Below are positions 21,751 through 36,700 of a DNA stretch of 64,000 nt, in pieces. Location of the stretch: assembly GCA_002269645.1 (NCBI GenBank), contig NIVC01000041.1, positions 186,001-250,000 on the forward strand, given 5' to 3'. The position numbers and the translations under genes were made by a program. Every line of letters starts with the position of its first letter. Within the stretch, counting starts at the first letter, position 1. The notes under the pieces are model-generated. The model ran no database searches and was not told the origin of the DNA. It saw nothing but the letters and a program-made list of their open reading frames with translations. The stretch is from Macrostomum lignano (lineage: Eukaryota).

Positions 21751-24700
21751 ATGGCTCAGGCTGTCCAGGCCAACAAAGGCAAGGGGACAAATGATCCGCG
21801 CAACATGCTGCCAGCGATGCCCGACACCCGGGCCAAACCCTCCTGGGCCGCCAACCAGCCCATGTTTGTGTTGAAGGGCGGCGGCGCTGCGGCCAAGGAG
21901 GAGGAGGACAATTTCGATCTGGTCTTCGAGCTCACTGGCAGTGAGTAGCGCTCATTAATTTTAAACCGATTTTTTTAAACCCATAATTTGCATTTCGAAG
22001 ATTTATTACAGTTAGATATAACTTTAAAAAATTACAGCATCTGTGCGAAAAAAATAATGGTAAAAGTAACTCCTTTTCTCCATTTTCAACATTTTTCACC
22101 CCCCCCTAAAAGCTGATCACAGCAAATCGGTCAATTGGCTGATGACATCTTTGTCGATTGGTCACAGTTTATTGTCTTTGAATTTCTATTATTGAAATTA
22201 TTGACTTGAAAGCTGTTTTCAAAATGTAATTTTTACAATGCCCTACTGAAATTTGCACACACAGAAGACAACAAGAAGACCAAGAAAGTTGACCAGGCCA
22301 CCACTCAGAGGACCAAGATCAAGAAGGATAGAGAGAAGTTTCGCAAAGCGCTCGTCGATATAATTCTGTAAGTAAATAACCCGTGCGAATCCTAATGCAA
22401 ATCTGCATGTTCTAAACCGACCATTTCTGCCACCCTGACCCCTCCAGGCAAGGCGAGGACAAGCCATTCAACGAGTCGCTTGAGGGCGACAAGGTCGTCG
22501 GACTCGAACAGCAGCAGAAGAACTTTGGTCTCACAGGAGCCGAGAAGGATGTACTGGTGAGTCGCTATACCTGTCAATAAAACACAAAAATATGAGCCAT
22601 TCGTTCACTGACAAGAAACGCCCCAATCCAGAGATACTACTACTACATCCATCACGGCATCGACACGGAGCACGTGGCTCCGATGGAGGACTCCTGGATG
22701 GGCAACATCATGTCCTTCGTCGGCAAGGCCCAGCGCGGCAACCACACTGAACTTCTTGAAGATCTCGAAGACGAGATCAGAGAGGACTACCTGCTCAGCG
22801 TGAAGAAGGCGATCGTGGACTTCGTACTGAAAGAGCCGCGCGAGAAGGAAGATGAGCCCGAAGAGCTTCCAGAGCACCGACAGGAGCTGGCCGTGGTGCC
22901 GAAGCCCTGGGAGAAAAGTTTCTACGCCTGCAGGCGCCAGATTGACCGCAGTCTGCACATCACAAACCCGTGCATGAACCAGGTGCTGGAGCTGTGGCAC
23001 AAGACGTTCACGTAAGTGCGCTAATCTGGCTCATTGTTTACCCTGAGGTTACTAATGGTAAGCCTTAATGCCAGCTACAGATTAACTAACTAACCAACAA
23101 TGTTAATGGCTATAAACTAAAAATGCGTTCTCCACGTCACAAAAACCTGAAAGTCCACTTGACACGGAGCCAGACGATGTTGCCAATGCGCCTCTCTCCG
23201 AGGCGTCCAAATCTCTATGGTAAAATGTCACAGTGAAATTCCTAAAGCCTTTAAACAACCTTTGCATCGTTTTGCACAATAGAATTTCAAACGCCCCTGC
23301 TCCTGCTTTGCACCATCATTTTTTTGCATTTTTCTTAGCTTTTTCAAACCGCCTGCAGACCCAGTTTTGCCGAATTCCAGTGCATTCTTTTCTGCTTAAA
23401 TTGGTTTGTCTCTGCCGAAGTGCATGCACCCGCTTTGCGACACTGAAGTCTGTACTGGGCTATTAGTCACTAAAGATTTTTTAATTGTTAAGTGAGTAAA
23501 AAAAACTTTTGCATTTCTCCAGGCAACTCCGACTGGTGGACATCCACGAGTTCCAAACGAAGCTCGAACCGCTGGAACTGAAGGAGTTCCAAACCTGCTG
23601 CATGAAGCACATTGACGCGGCTAGAGACAAACTGATCAAGCGGTGAGTCATGCCGTCTGGGATTGGCAAGTCAAAAAGAAGTGCTGCAAAATATTTAACA
23701 TCGCCTTCTAATTTTACCTCCGCCAGGTGGCTATCGGAGATTCAGCACATCTTCTACAAGGGCCACAAGCAGAAACAGATTCCTAGCGAGCACGAGGCGG
23801 ATCAGCTGGCCGCATTCTACAATTGCGCGGCCAACCTCATGACCTCGCAGCTGCAGAGCCTTGGACTGCTGTCCATGGACGACTACACAGATCTGCTGGT
23901 GCAGCCACCGGTAGGTTCTTGATCTTAGTTGGCTGGGCTTGTTACCAGGTAACTATCCAAGAACAATAAGATATTTATTAGTAAGTAAAATTTGGTTTCC
24001 CCTGCAGACGTCGGCGCGAGCTTACGAGCACTCGGGCTTCATTCTGCGCTTCGTCTTGGACGACGATCGAATCAAATTTGAGCCGAACTTCGACGACTTC
24101 GAGACAGTTTTCTTGAACATCTACGACGTGATGCTCAAGGTGATCTGCGCGATACCGCGCATCGAGACCAAGCTGTACTCGGCTTACGAAGGCGAGACTC
24201 TACTGAAGCCGTGCATCCTGCCCGAGATCCTCGCCGCCCACAAGAGCAAAGTCTCTGAAGTGGTGAAGCAAGAGGGCGACGGCCCGCTGAAGCACCTGAA
24301 ACAGTTCGACAAGTACAAGTTCATAGTAAGCAAACAGGCCGACAACGATATTGACACTTTCCTACAGGAGGAGCACACATTCGATGAGTACGCGCGCGAG
24401 CTGCGAAAGTTCAAGCAGTTCGCTGAGCAGATCCAGTTCAAGTCGGTGCGCAGCCTGCGACTGGGCATGTTCCAGGTCCACTGCGACGACCTCATTCGGG
24501 CGCTCACGAAGCGCACTGAAGCCATCTGCGAGCGAATCCTCACGCGCATGATGGACAACCACCGACTGGGCAACCAGGAGCTCATAAACGACTATAAGAA
24601 CATCGCTGAGAAGGCGCTGACACTGCCGTCCAACACGGAGCAGCTCATGGAGCTGCGCGCCTTCGTCGAGAAGGTTGAGAATGAGACAATGGTGACTCTG

Positions 24701-27700
24701 CGAAGCCGCCTGGAGCAGAGCCGCGACCGATTGGTCTTCCTCGTGGAGCAGACTTCGTTTACCAACCACGATATGGAGCTCAACGCTGAGGTCTTCACCT
24801 GGGAGACTCGCATGCCGAATATCTTTGAGGAGCACAGGCACAACTTCAACGAGAAGCGTGACCAATTCCAAGAAAATCTGAAGTTCAAGAGGGATCAGTT
24901 TGTGCTGGAGCTTGAAGGCTACGCCAAGCGGGTCGAAGAGTTCCAGCAGTTCGGTGACATGGCCGAAGTGCCTCGGTATCTGTCCAAAGCGCAGAAACTC
25001 CACAACAACCTGGAGGCGGCTGCCGATAAGGTTGAGGCGCTCAACAACGAAGAGGAGGCGTTCGGCTGGCCGACGACACCCTATCCGCAGCGACAGCAGA
25101 TTCTGACCACACTGCGGCCGTACAAGCAGCTGTACGAGCAGACTGTGGACTTCCACCGCAAGTACAAAGAGTGGATGGATGGCCCAATGGGCAATGTTGT
25201 GCCTGATGTGGTAGTCGAAGATGTCAACGGGCTGTGGCGTCTATTGTACAAACTCGAAAAGACATTTGATGATGTACCAGCGGCGAAGAAAATTGCCAGC
25301 AAAATTAAAGAGAAAGTCGAGGAGTTCAAAGAGCACCTGCCACTAATCACCTGCCTGTTTAACCCGGGTCTGAGGGAGCGCCACTGGACGCAGATCTCCG
25401 ACATTGTTGGATATCCGCTCCAGCCGGACGAAGAGATGTGCCTCTCGAAGTTGATCGACATGAACCTAGAACCGTACGTGCAAAAGTTTGAGAGCATCTC
25501 CGAGGCAGCCACCAAGGAGCACAACCTCGAGAAGACAATGAACAAGATGAAGAACGAGTGGGAAAGCATCGAGTTTAACATCATCCCTACCGTGAGAGCG
25601 GAACGCACATTCTGTCATCTATTGACGACATTCAGCTACTCCTCGATGATCACATTGTCAAGACGCAAACAATGCGCGGCTCCCCCTTCATCAAGCCGTT
25701 CGAGAATGAGATCAAGGATTGGGAGCAAAATTTGATCCTGCTGCAGGATGTGCTGGATGAGTGGCTGAAAGTGCAGGCCACGTGGCTTTACTGGAACCAA
25801 TTTTCAGCTCACCAGACATCATGGCTCAAATGCCTGAGGAGGGTCGCCGGTTCACTACAGTGGACAAGAACTGGCGCGAGATCATGAAGGCGGCCATCAC
25901 AGACAAGCGTGTGATGCAAGTTATCATGATCGACAAGCTGCTGGAGAAGCTGCGCAAGTCAAACGAGCTACTCGAGCTGATCCAGAAGGGTCTGAACGAT
26001 TATTTGGAGAAAAAGCGGCTCTACTTCCCGCGATTTTTCTTCTTATCTAACGACGAGCTGCTGGAAATCCTATCAGAGACGAAGGACCCGACCAGAGTGC
26101 AGCCGCACCTCAAGAAGTGCTTTGAGGGCATCGCCAGCCTGGAGTTCACCGACGTGCTGGACATCACTCACATGAAGAGCTCAGAAGGAGAGGTTGTGCA
26201 GTTGAAGGAGGTAATTTCGACAGCCAAGGCGCGCGGCCAAGTCGAGAAGTGGCTGCTGGAGCTCGAGGGCGACATGATCCAGTCCGTGCGCATGGCAACC
26301 AAGCTAGCTATGGAAGACTACGATAAGACGCCACGGGCTCAATGGGTTCGCGCCTGGCCTGGACAGGCTGTGCTGGCCATCGACTGCCTGTTCTGGACCA
26401 CGAATGTACACCGCGCATTGCGCGAGGGTCCAGATTCTATGGACAAATACTTGAAGGAGAGCAACAGCCAGATTGACGAAATTGTCACTCTAGTGCGCGG
26501 AAAGCTGTCCAAGCAGAACCGCACAACGCTGCAGGCGCTTATTGTGCTGGACGTCCACGCCAGAGACGTGCTGACCAATCTGATCGAGCTGAAAGTGCGC
26601 GAGGAGAACGATTTTAACTGGCTGAGCCAGCTGCGCTACTACTGGACAGACGACAACCTGCTGACGCGGATGATCAACTCAATGCTCCGATACGGCTACG
26701 AGTACCTTGGTAACAGCGGCCGACTGGTCATCACGCCCCTCACTGACCGCTGCTATCGAACCCTGTTCGGCGCGCTCCATCTTCATTTGGGCGGCGCACC
26801 CGAAGGTCCCGCTGGAACAGGAAAAACCGAGACAACAAGGATCTGGCCAAGGCCGTGGCCAAGCAGTGCGTGGTCTTCAACTGTTCCGACGGCCTCGACT
26901 ATCTGGCGCTTGGCAAGTTCTTCAAAGGCCTCGCCTCCTGCGGTGCCTGGTCCTGTTTCGATGAGTTCAACCGAATTGACCTGGAGGTGCTCTCCGTGGT
27001 GGCCCAGCAGATCCTCACCATTCAAAAGGCGGTCAACGCTGCCGCGGACACGCTCGAATTTGAGGGCACCCAGCTGAAGCTGGACCCAACCTGCGCTGTG
27101 TTCATTACAATGAACCCTGGGTAAGTAACTTTATTATCTAACCGTAAGTATGAAAATTTCTCAACTTTTTCGACTCAAACTCTTAAATTGAAATAAATTA
27201 TCCTCATACCTGCAGCTATGCCGGCCGGTCTGAACTGCCAGACAACCTGAAGGCGCTGTTCCGTTCAGTGGCCATGATGGTGCCAGACTATGCGCTGATC
27301 TCGGAGATCTCGCTTTATTCCTGCGGCTTCATCAACGCCCGGCCGCTCAGTGTGAAGATCGTGGCCACCTACCGGCTGTGCTCCGAGCAGCTGTCCTCTC
27401 AGCCGCATTACGACTACGGCATGCGCGCCGTCAAGTCCGTGCTAACTGCCGCCGGAAATCTGAAGCTCAAATACCCCGAAGAGGACGAAGACATCCTCAT
27501 GCTGCGCTCCATCATTGATGTCAATTTGCCGAAGTTCCTCAACCACGACCTGCCCTTATTTGAGGGCATCGCCTCGGATCTGTTCCCCGGAGTGCAGAGG
27601 CCGACGCCAGACTATGATCTCTTCAACATCGCTGTTAAGGAGAACTGCGAGAAGATGAATCTTCAATGCACTCCGTTCTTCCTGGAGAAGATTCAGCAGA

Positions 27701-30700
27701 TTTACGAGATGATGATCGTCCGTCACGGCTTCATGATTGTCGGAGAGCCGTTCGGTGGCAAGACGTCCGCCTATCGGGTAAAAATCCTGCGAGTTTTCTT
27801 AGACTATTTAAAAAAATTCTTAGAGCCCCGCAATGAAAGTAGCACACTTTCTCTTCTAGGTGCTGGCCAAAGCCCTAGCGATCTGCACGACCGGGAGCAG
27901 ATGGAGAGAACAGGGCCCAGTATACTGTGCTCAACCCGAAGGCCATCACTATGGGCCAACTGTATGGCCAGTTCGACCCGGTGTCGCACGAATGGTCAGA
28001 CGGAATTCTGGCCGTGTCTTACCGCGCCTTTGCTACCTCGACTACGCCCGACCGCAAGTGGCTGATCTTCGACGGCCCAGTCGATGCCGTGTGGATTGAG
28101 AACATGAACACGGTGCTGGATGACAACAAGAAGCTCTGCCTAATGAGCGGTGAGATCATCCAGCTAGCGCCAACCACCAATCTGATCTTCGAGCCGATGG
28201 ACCTGGAGGTCGCCAGTCCAGCCACTGTCAGCCGCTGCGGCATGATCTACATGGAGCCGGCCAGCCTCGGCTGGCGCCCCATCGTCCGGTCCTGGCTCTA
28301 CAATTCCACTGACGGACCGGATGACCCCATGAAGGAGCCTAATTACGTGCGGAACACAACAAAGTTTCTCAAGAAGGAGCAAAAAGAAGGTCTGGACGAA
28401 ATGTTCGAACGCTTCATTGACGCCGGCATTGCCATGGTACGCAAGGGTGGCGGCCGGGAGCTGTCAAAGACTTCTGACATTAACCTGGTCAGGTCGCTGA
28501 TGAACCTGATCGACTGCCAGCTAGACGAGTTCCAAGATGAAGCCAAGGTCAATCAGATGGAGCCGCGCCAGGTTCGCGCCTGGCTTGAGGGCATCTTCCT
28601 CTTTTCGTTCGTCTGGTCCGTTGGCGCCTCCACCGATGAGAATGGCCGTCGCCGATTCGACAAGCTCACCAGGGAGCTGGTGAATGGAGGCATGCTGAGG
28701 AGACGCGTTCCAGGATTGCTCTGGTTGAGCTGGTGCCACCGCCACTCCAGGACTACTCGTGCCCGTTCCCGAACAAAGGGTCCGTCTACGACTACCGCTT
28801 CGTGAAAGAAGGCATGGGGAAGTGGGAACCCTGGGCAGCGGCCCTCCAGGAGATGCCGCCGATTCCGAAGGACGCCGAGTTCAACCAATCATTGTGCCTA
28901 CCGTGGACACTGTGCGATACACACATCTGATGAAGCTGCTGCTGACACACGAAAAGGCCTGTCTGTTTGTTGGCCCGACCGGTACAGGAAAATCGTCATA
29001 CATTGCCGAGTTCCTGTACTCAGGTCTAGACAAGGATACTTACAAGCCGAACACGCTGAACTTTTCGGCCCAGACGTCGGCCAACATGACGCAGAACATC
29101 ATCATGTCGAAGCTGGATCGTCGCCGCAAGGGCGTCTTTGGCCCTCCATGGGCAAGAAGGTAATAATCTTTGTGGACGATCTTAACATGCCTATCAAGGA
29201 GACGTACGGCGCCCAGCCGCCGATCGAGCTCCTGCGGCAGTGGCTTGACCACTGGAACTGGTACGACATCAAGGACACGTCAACTATCAACTTGGTCGAT
29301 CTAATCTTCATCGGCGCCATGGGACCACCTGGTGGCGGCCGCAGTGCCATCACGCCGCGATTCCTGCGCCACCTCAACACCATTACCATCAACGAGTTCC
29401 ACGACGAAACCATGATTACTATCTTCAGCAGCATTGTGAAGTGGCACATGGATACGAGGGGCTTTGCTCACGACTTCCAGCCGTGCATTGAGCAGATCGT
29501 AAACGGTACCCTGGCTGTTTACAAGAGCGCAATGGAAAATCTGCTACCCACTCCGGCCAAGTCTCACTACCTGTTTAATCTGCGAGACTTCAGCCGTGTA
29601 GTGCAGGGCGTGCTTCTTTCAACGCCGGACACCACCGAGGAGCCCGGATATCTGAAGCGTCTCTGGTTGCACGAGGTTATGCGAGTGTATTATGATCGTC
29701 TGGTTGATGATGAGGATCGCAAATGGCTGTTCGACTACCTGAAGGAGGTGCTTCAAAAGGAGTTCAAAGAGGACTTTAACCAGCTCTTCGGTCATCTGGA
29801 CTTTGATGAGGATGGTCAAGTAACTGAGGACGATTTACGCTCCCTAATCTACTGCGACTTCTCCGATCCAAAATCTGCCAAAGGCAACTATGTCGAAGTG
29901 AACGACATGGAGAAGTTGCGCGTTGTGGTTGAGGGCCACCTCGAGGAGTTCAATAACATGAGCAAGAAGCCGATGAATCTCGTGCTGTTCCGATTTGCCA
30001 TCGAGCACGTGTCGCGCATCTCGCGAATCCTCAAGCACCCAAGGAGCCACGCCCTACTCGTCGGTGTCGGCGGCTCCGGTCGTCAGTCGCTGACGCGGCT
30101 CGCTGCGCACATGGCCGACTACGACCTGTTCCAAGTGGAGATTAGCAAGTCCTACACTAGCAACGAGTGGCGCGAGGACCTCAAGCGGATCCTGCGCAAG
30201 GCCACAGAGTCAGAAAATCACGGCGTCTTCCTGTTCTCCGATACGCAGATCAAACAGGAATCCTTCCTGGAGGACATTAACAATTTGCTAAACGCTGGCG
30301 AGGTCCCAAATCTGTATGCTACGGATGAGAAGGCTGAGATACTGAGAAGATGCGTCAGATCGACCGGCAGAGAGACAAGACTAAGCAGACAGACGGCAGC
30401 TTGGTGGCCTTGTTCAACCTGTTCATCCAGCGCTGCCAGGAGCAGCTGCACGTGGTGCTGGCCATGAGCCCAATTGGAAGCGCGTTCAGGAACCGGCTGC
30501 GCAAGTTTCCGTCGTTAGTGAACTGCTGCACCATCGATTGGTTCCAGGCCTGGCCGGAAGACGCACTGACAGCCGTGGCCACGCGATTCTGGAGGACGTT
30601 GAGCTGACTGACGAGCTGCGCGCCGGCTGCATCAAGTTCTGCAAGCACTTCCACCAGTCCACCATCAATCTGTCGGCCCGTTTCGGCAGTGAGCTCGGCC

Positions 30701-33700
30701 GATACAACTACGTAACGCCCACCAGCTATTTGGAGCTGATCAACACCTACAAGCAGTTGCTAGACGAGAAGCGAACTGAGATTCACAGACAGAAACGACG
30801 CTACGAAGTCGGTCTTGACAAGCTGCAGTCGGCCGCCGAGGAGATCGGGGTGATGCAGCAGAATCTGACCGCGCTGCAGCCGCAGCTGGTCCAGGCTAGC
30901 AAAGAGGTGGACGAAACTATGATTATTGTGGAGAAGGAGAGCCAGGAGGTGGCCAAGCAGGAGAAAGTTGTCAAAGCGGATGAGGCCGTGGCTAACGAGC
31001 AGAAACAGGCTGCTCAGGCCATCAAAGACGAGTGCGACAGCGATTTGGCCGAGGCCATTCCAATCCTGAACGCCGCGCTAGCTGCCCTAAAGACGCTGAC
31101 ACAGCAGGACATCACCATCGTCAAGACCATGAAGTCGCCGCCAGCTGGTGTGAGGCTTGTGATGGAGTCTGTCTGCGTGCTCAAAGGAATCAAGCCGGAC
31201 CGCATCCCGGATCCCAGCGGCTCGGGCAAAAAGATTGAGGACTACTGGGGTCCTTCGAAGAAAATCCTTGGCGACATGAAGTTCCTCGAGAGTCTGCAAA
31301 ACTTTGACAAGACAACATCCCGGCTCCAATTATGAAGGTGATTCGCGAGCGATTTATTGTTAACCCAGAGTTCGTGCCGGAGAGAATCGCGGTCGCTCCA
31401 CTGCCTGCGAGGGCCTGTGCAAATGGGTGCGCGCCATGGACCAGTACGACAAGGTAGCAAAGATTGTAGCTCCCAAGAAAGAGGCCCTGCGCAAAGCCGA
31501 GGGCGAGCTGGCGGTGGCCCAGGAGGCTCTAGCCAAGAAGCAGGCGACGCTGAAGGCCGTCCAAGACCGACTGGAGAAGCTGCGCAGCGACCTCGAGATG
31601 AACAAGAAGCGCAAGATCGAGCTGGAGAACGAGTGGATCTCTGCACAAAGAAGCTGGACCGTGCCGAGCAGCTAATCGGTGGTCTTGGTGGCGAGAAGGA
31701 CCGCTGGCGCGAGGCCGCGCACAATCTCGGCATCACTACACAAACCTGACCGGCGACATCCTCATCAGCTCTGGCGTCGTCGCCTATCTGGGCGCATTCA
31801 CGTCGGCCTTCCGGCAGGACCAAACCCTCTTGTGGGTCAATGAGGTGCGCGAGCAGCAGATCCCCGTGTCCGAGCGCTTCAGTCTGGTTCAGACTCTTGG
31901 CAACCCGGTAGAAATTCGGTCATGGAATATCAATGGCCTGCCCACGGACGACTTTTCAGTCGAGAACGGTATCATCATCAAGAATGCTCGGCGTTGGCCT
32001 CTGATGATTGACCCACAGGGCCAGGCTAACAAATGGGTCAAGAGCAACGAGAAAGCGAATAACTTGAAGGTGTGCAAGTTAAGCGATTCCGACTTCGTGC
32101 GCAACCTGGAGAACGCAATCCAGTTCGGCACGCCTGTGCTTCTTGAGAATGTTGGGGAAGAGTTAGACCCCCTTCTGGAGCCCCTGCTGCTCAAACAGAC
32201 TTTCAAACAGGGCGGCGCCATCTGCATCAAGCTGGGCGACTCAATCATCGAGTACTCGAACGACTTCCGCCTATTCATCACGACTAAGCTGAGAAACCCG
32301 CACTATCTGCCCGAGGTGGCCGTCAAGGTGACACTGTTGAACTTCATGATTACTCCGGAGGGTCTTCAGGATCAGCTGCTGGGCATCGTTGTTGCTAGAG
32401 AGAAGCCGGAACTGGAGGAGGAAAAGAACCAGCTGATTGTTCAGGGCGCCGAGAACAAGCGCCAACTGAAGGAGATCGAAGACAAGATCCTCTACGTACT
32501 GTCATCCTCCGAAGGCAACATCCTGGAGGATGAGTCTGCAATCAAGGTACTTAACTCATCAAAGACCCTCAGTAACGAGATCACTGAGAAGCAAGAGATT
32601 GCTGAGATCACGGAGAAGAAGATCGATGAAGCCCGAGCCGGTTATGTGCCCATTGCGGTGCACTCGACCATCCTGTTCTTCACGGTAGCTGATCTAGGCA
32701 ATATCGATCCGATGTACCAGTACTCGCTCACGTGGTTCATTAACCTATTCGTCATGTCGATTGACAATTCGCAAAAATCGGATGTTCTGGACCAGCGTCT
32801 CGAGAACTTGAAGCTGCACTTCACTTATTCGCTGTACTGTAACGTCTGCCGTTCTTTGTTTGAGAAGGACAAGTTGCTGTTCTCCTTCCTGCTGTGCATC
32901 AACCTGCAGAAGCACGAGAAGCTGTCAACGATGAGGAGTGGCGTTTCCTGCTGACGGGCGGCGTCGGTCTCGATAATCCCAATCCCAACCCGACCGCCTG
33001 GCTGCCGCCCAAGTCCTGGGATGAATCTGCCGCCTGGACGACCTGCCGCGCTTTAAGACGATCCGGCAGAAGTTCATGGCGCAGAAGGACCAGTGGAAGG
33101 TCATCTACGACAGCGCTACGCCGCAGAGCGAGACTCCGCCAGGCGAATGGGCTGAGAAATTGGCCGAGGAATTTCCACGACTCTGCGTCCTACGCTGCCT
33201 GCGGCCAGACAAAATTGTGCCAGCTGTTCAGGACTTTGTGGAGAAGAAGCTCGGCAAGAAGTACATTGAACCGCCGTCGTTTGATCTGCCCGGTTCCTTC
33301 AATGACTCGAACTGCTGCTCCCCGCTGCTCTTCGTGCTGTCTCCCGGTGCCGACCCCATGGCGAGCCTGCTCAAGTTCGCTGATGACATGGGCTTCGGCG
33401 GCTCCAAGTTCGACTTCCTGTCGCTCGGCCAGGGCCAGGGACCCATCGCTATCGCCAAGATCGAGCGCGGAATAAAAGACGGCATGTGGATCCTTCTGCA
33501 GAACTGCCACCTCGCCCCGAGCTGGATGCCGACGCTGGAGAAAATCGTTGAGGACTTCACCCCAGAGAAGACGCATCCGGATTTCCGCCTGTGGCTTACC
33601 AGCTACCCCTCTGACAGCTTCCCGGTTTCCATCCTGCAGAACGGCGTTAAGATGACAAATGAGCCGCCTAAAGGCCTGCGCTTTAACATTGCCCGCTCCT

Positions 33701-36700
33701 ACCGCACCGACCCGATCAGTAATCCGGAGTTCTTCAACGAGTCGCACAATCCACGTGCCTGGAAGAAGATGTTGTTCGGCCTCTGCTTCTTCCACGCCAT
33801 CGTGCAGGAGCGGCGCAAGTTCGGCCCGATGGGCTGGAACATCCCCTACGAGTTCAACGAGACAGATTTGCGCATCTCCGTGCAACAGCTGCACATGTTC
33901 CTGGACGAGTACGAAGAGGTGCAGTACGACGCGCTGCGCTACCTCACCGGAGAGTGCAACTACGGCGGCCGTGTCACCGAGGAGTGGGACCGGCGCACTC
34001 TCAAGACCATCCTCAACAAGTTCTACTGCAAAGAGATCATCTCGGATGATAATTACAAATTCGACGAAACCGGCTTGTACTTTGCGCCACCCGACGGAGA
34101 GGTAAGTTGTGGAGTCTTTGGGACAAGAGGCAGGTAGTCCTGGCCATTCCGCTTAGCATTATGTAGGGATGCGGAGTGTACAGGGTGTACAGCGGTTCTG
34201 ACTTTCTCAGCGTATTCGGGCTGCTACCGAACCGAACTCCCACCCAATCGTTAAATTTTCAGTACGACAGCTACCTGGAGTACATCAAGAATCTGCCGTT
34301 GAATCCGCAGCCGCAGGTGTTCGGCATGCACCCGAACGCCGATATAACAAAGGACCAACAGGAGACAAATCTGCTGTTTAATAGCATCCTGCTAACGCAG
34401 GTAATTTTTTATAACGAATCTCATATAACTACTAACAGTAATACCATATTTATTAACGTTTTTTACTAATCTAAATTTAATTTAAACTTGTAATCTTTGT
34501 ACTCGTATAAAATAACAGCTACTACTACTTCATATTTAAATTTGTTATTAAAACTCGACAAGTGACAACCATGACAACTTTATTCGCATGCCTTTCGGTT
34601 TCCTTGACGCAACAAAACTAGCCAGGAAATGAGACTTCAGTCACGTCCGTGCAGGTGATGCGTATTTCAATTCAAAATTACCCGAATTAGAATCCGACAG
34701 TCGTCTTTTTTTAGTACTGGAAGTAGTTAATGCACACCTTTTTGTTAAACAATTCATCAATTTTTACTGTACGTTCGCTACACTGCTGAAAAAAATAATT
34801 TGTGCTGCTAAATCCCATAACAAAGGTGTAAAAGTCATACATAACGCTCCTTTATTTCGGCTCTGTGCATACAAAATATTTCAGAACAATTGCCTTCACC
34901 TAATTTGGCTCATAGCAGAGCGGGAAGTTCTAACAAAACTTATTGCCAGTGTACCGTCGCTTGTGAGTGCAACGGTTGAGTCACATCCAGATCTTCCTGG
35001 TGGCTGTCAACACAAATTTATGATATTAAAATCATTGTCTGTGGCCCCACAATAACCCTCCCTCCCAACTGTTACCTGAGCGAGACGAATTTACAAGAAA
35101 AAACATGTGTTGATTTTCGTTGTTGATAGGAGCCAAGTCATGCCTGTTAAATATGCATTTTAGCTGCATCAACCAATTCATTTTCTAACGAATTCAGGAG
35201 AAACTGAGTTTGTTAAACCGATTGAGTAAGTATCGGTGGCGTGTTATCAATGCAGTTCAGATTTCGTCAGTTCAGTCAGTTAGTCACTATGCAGGAGCGA
35301 GTGTTCACCAATATCATTTCTGCTCCCCGTTTCAGTTCACTTAAGATGCAAGTTTTCTTTTGTTTTTTGGAGGGAAGGGGGTTAAATTTCGAATCGATTG
35401 AAGGAGTCATTGTTAAAGAATCGTGTTACCATTGCCACGAGTACATCACCGTTAACTGTTGTCTACCCGAAATTCCACACTCGATCACTTATTCAATGTG
35501 ACTAATTGCATCCAAACGCACTGTCGATGACGCACAAATTCTCGGTTACGTCACCAAGCTTTGCGCAACTGTTTTCAACAAATAAATCACACAAATCGCT
35601 CTCCCTCCTGCAGTCTCGCTCCAGCGGCGACGGCGGCAAAGGTGCCGACGATATTATCGACAGCGTCGCGGCCGACATCCTGGATCGCCTGCCGAAAGAT
35701 TTCGACATCGAGATATCGTTGAGAAAATATCCGACTAGCTATAAGCAGAGCATGAACACTGTCCTGGTGCAGGAGATGGTCAGGTTCAACGCGCTGCTCA
35801 GCGTCATCAGAAGCTCGCTGGAAAACATCCGCAAAGCCATCAAGGGCCTTGTGGTGATGTCGCCAGACCTCGAGGAGGTGACCTCCAGTCTGTTGAAGTC
35901 CAAAATCCCCGGCATGTGGATGAAGAAGAGCTATCCATCGTTGAAGCCGGTCGGTTCCTACGTTAATGACTTCCTAGCGAGGCTGAAGTTCCTTCAGGTA
36001 AGCGGGGCTCTGAATCTATAAAGCGTTCAATACATCTGCAAATTTCACGAAACAATATGCTTGTTTGCCAGTAACATGGCGCAGACAAGGAGGGAGAGGT
36101 AGAAAGGATTCTAAAGAAAGGGATAGAAGAAAAGGGCGCCGTAGCCTATAGTGGTCTAGCGCGGCGCTCTGATGTGCCAGCAGCCCAGGTTCGATTTCAA
36201 GTGCAGTCACATTGATTTGGGGCTAAATTGGAACCTCGGTTCGGCTCTGCTCGTGCAATTAACGACGCATTTTGAGGGCCGCTGTACACTCCTGTGTGAG
36301 TGTGTGCCTGTGCGCATGACTGCGTACGTATCCGCGCGCTTGTGTGCCTGCTCAGGGGAGTCGGCGGAATGGGCAGTAATGCCTCTCGCCGGTTGTGTGA
36401 CAATGTCGCTTGAAGTGCGCTAGGGTGCACACAGACCCCTGCCTCTAATAAAAGATAGGGATAGAAGAAGAGTGGATAGAGGGAGAATGGATAAACAGGA
36501 AGAGAGGTGGAGTCGAGAAAAAAAGAAAATGCGATAAGGAGAGAGACCAATTAAGCGACCCAGTTTCCCTATCCAAACGCTATTACTACATGTAACTCTT
36601 TCTAGGACTTTAAAATGGGAAAAAACTATCCGCAGACAAGTGAATTAGCTAGCCCATCAAACTCCCCTCGCACAGGACTGGTTCGACAACGGACCGCCTC

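Noticed and set aside
25580-33030. DNAH7 as a pseudogene or a programmed-frameshifting gene (about 16 frame breaks, e.g. near 25588, 25790, 26838, 27877, 27906, 28695, 28889, 29148, 30348, 30587, 31309, 31395, 31632, 31736, 32918, 33021)
   Set aside because: Every break is repaired by adding one base, almost always to a short homopolymer. I found no in-frame stops in the repaired frame and all motifs are intact. This is the signature of long-read consensus error. Mapping short reads or cDNA would confirm it.
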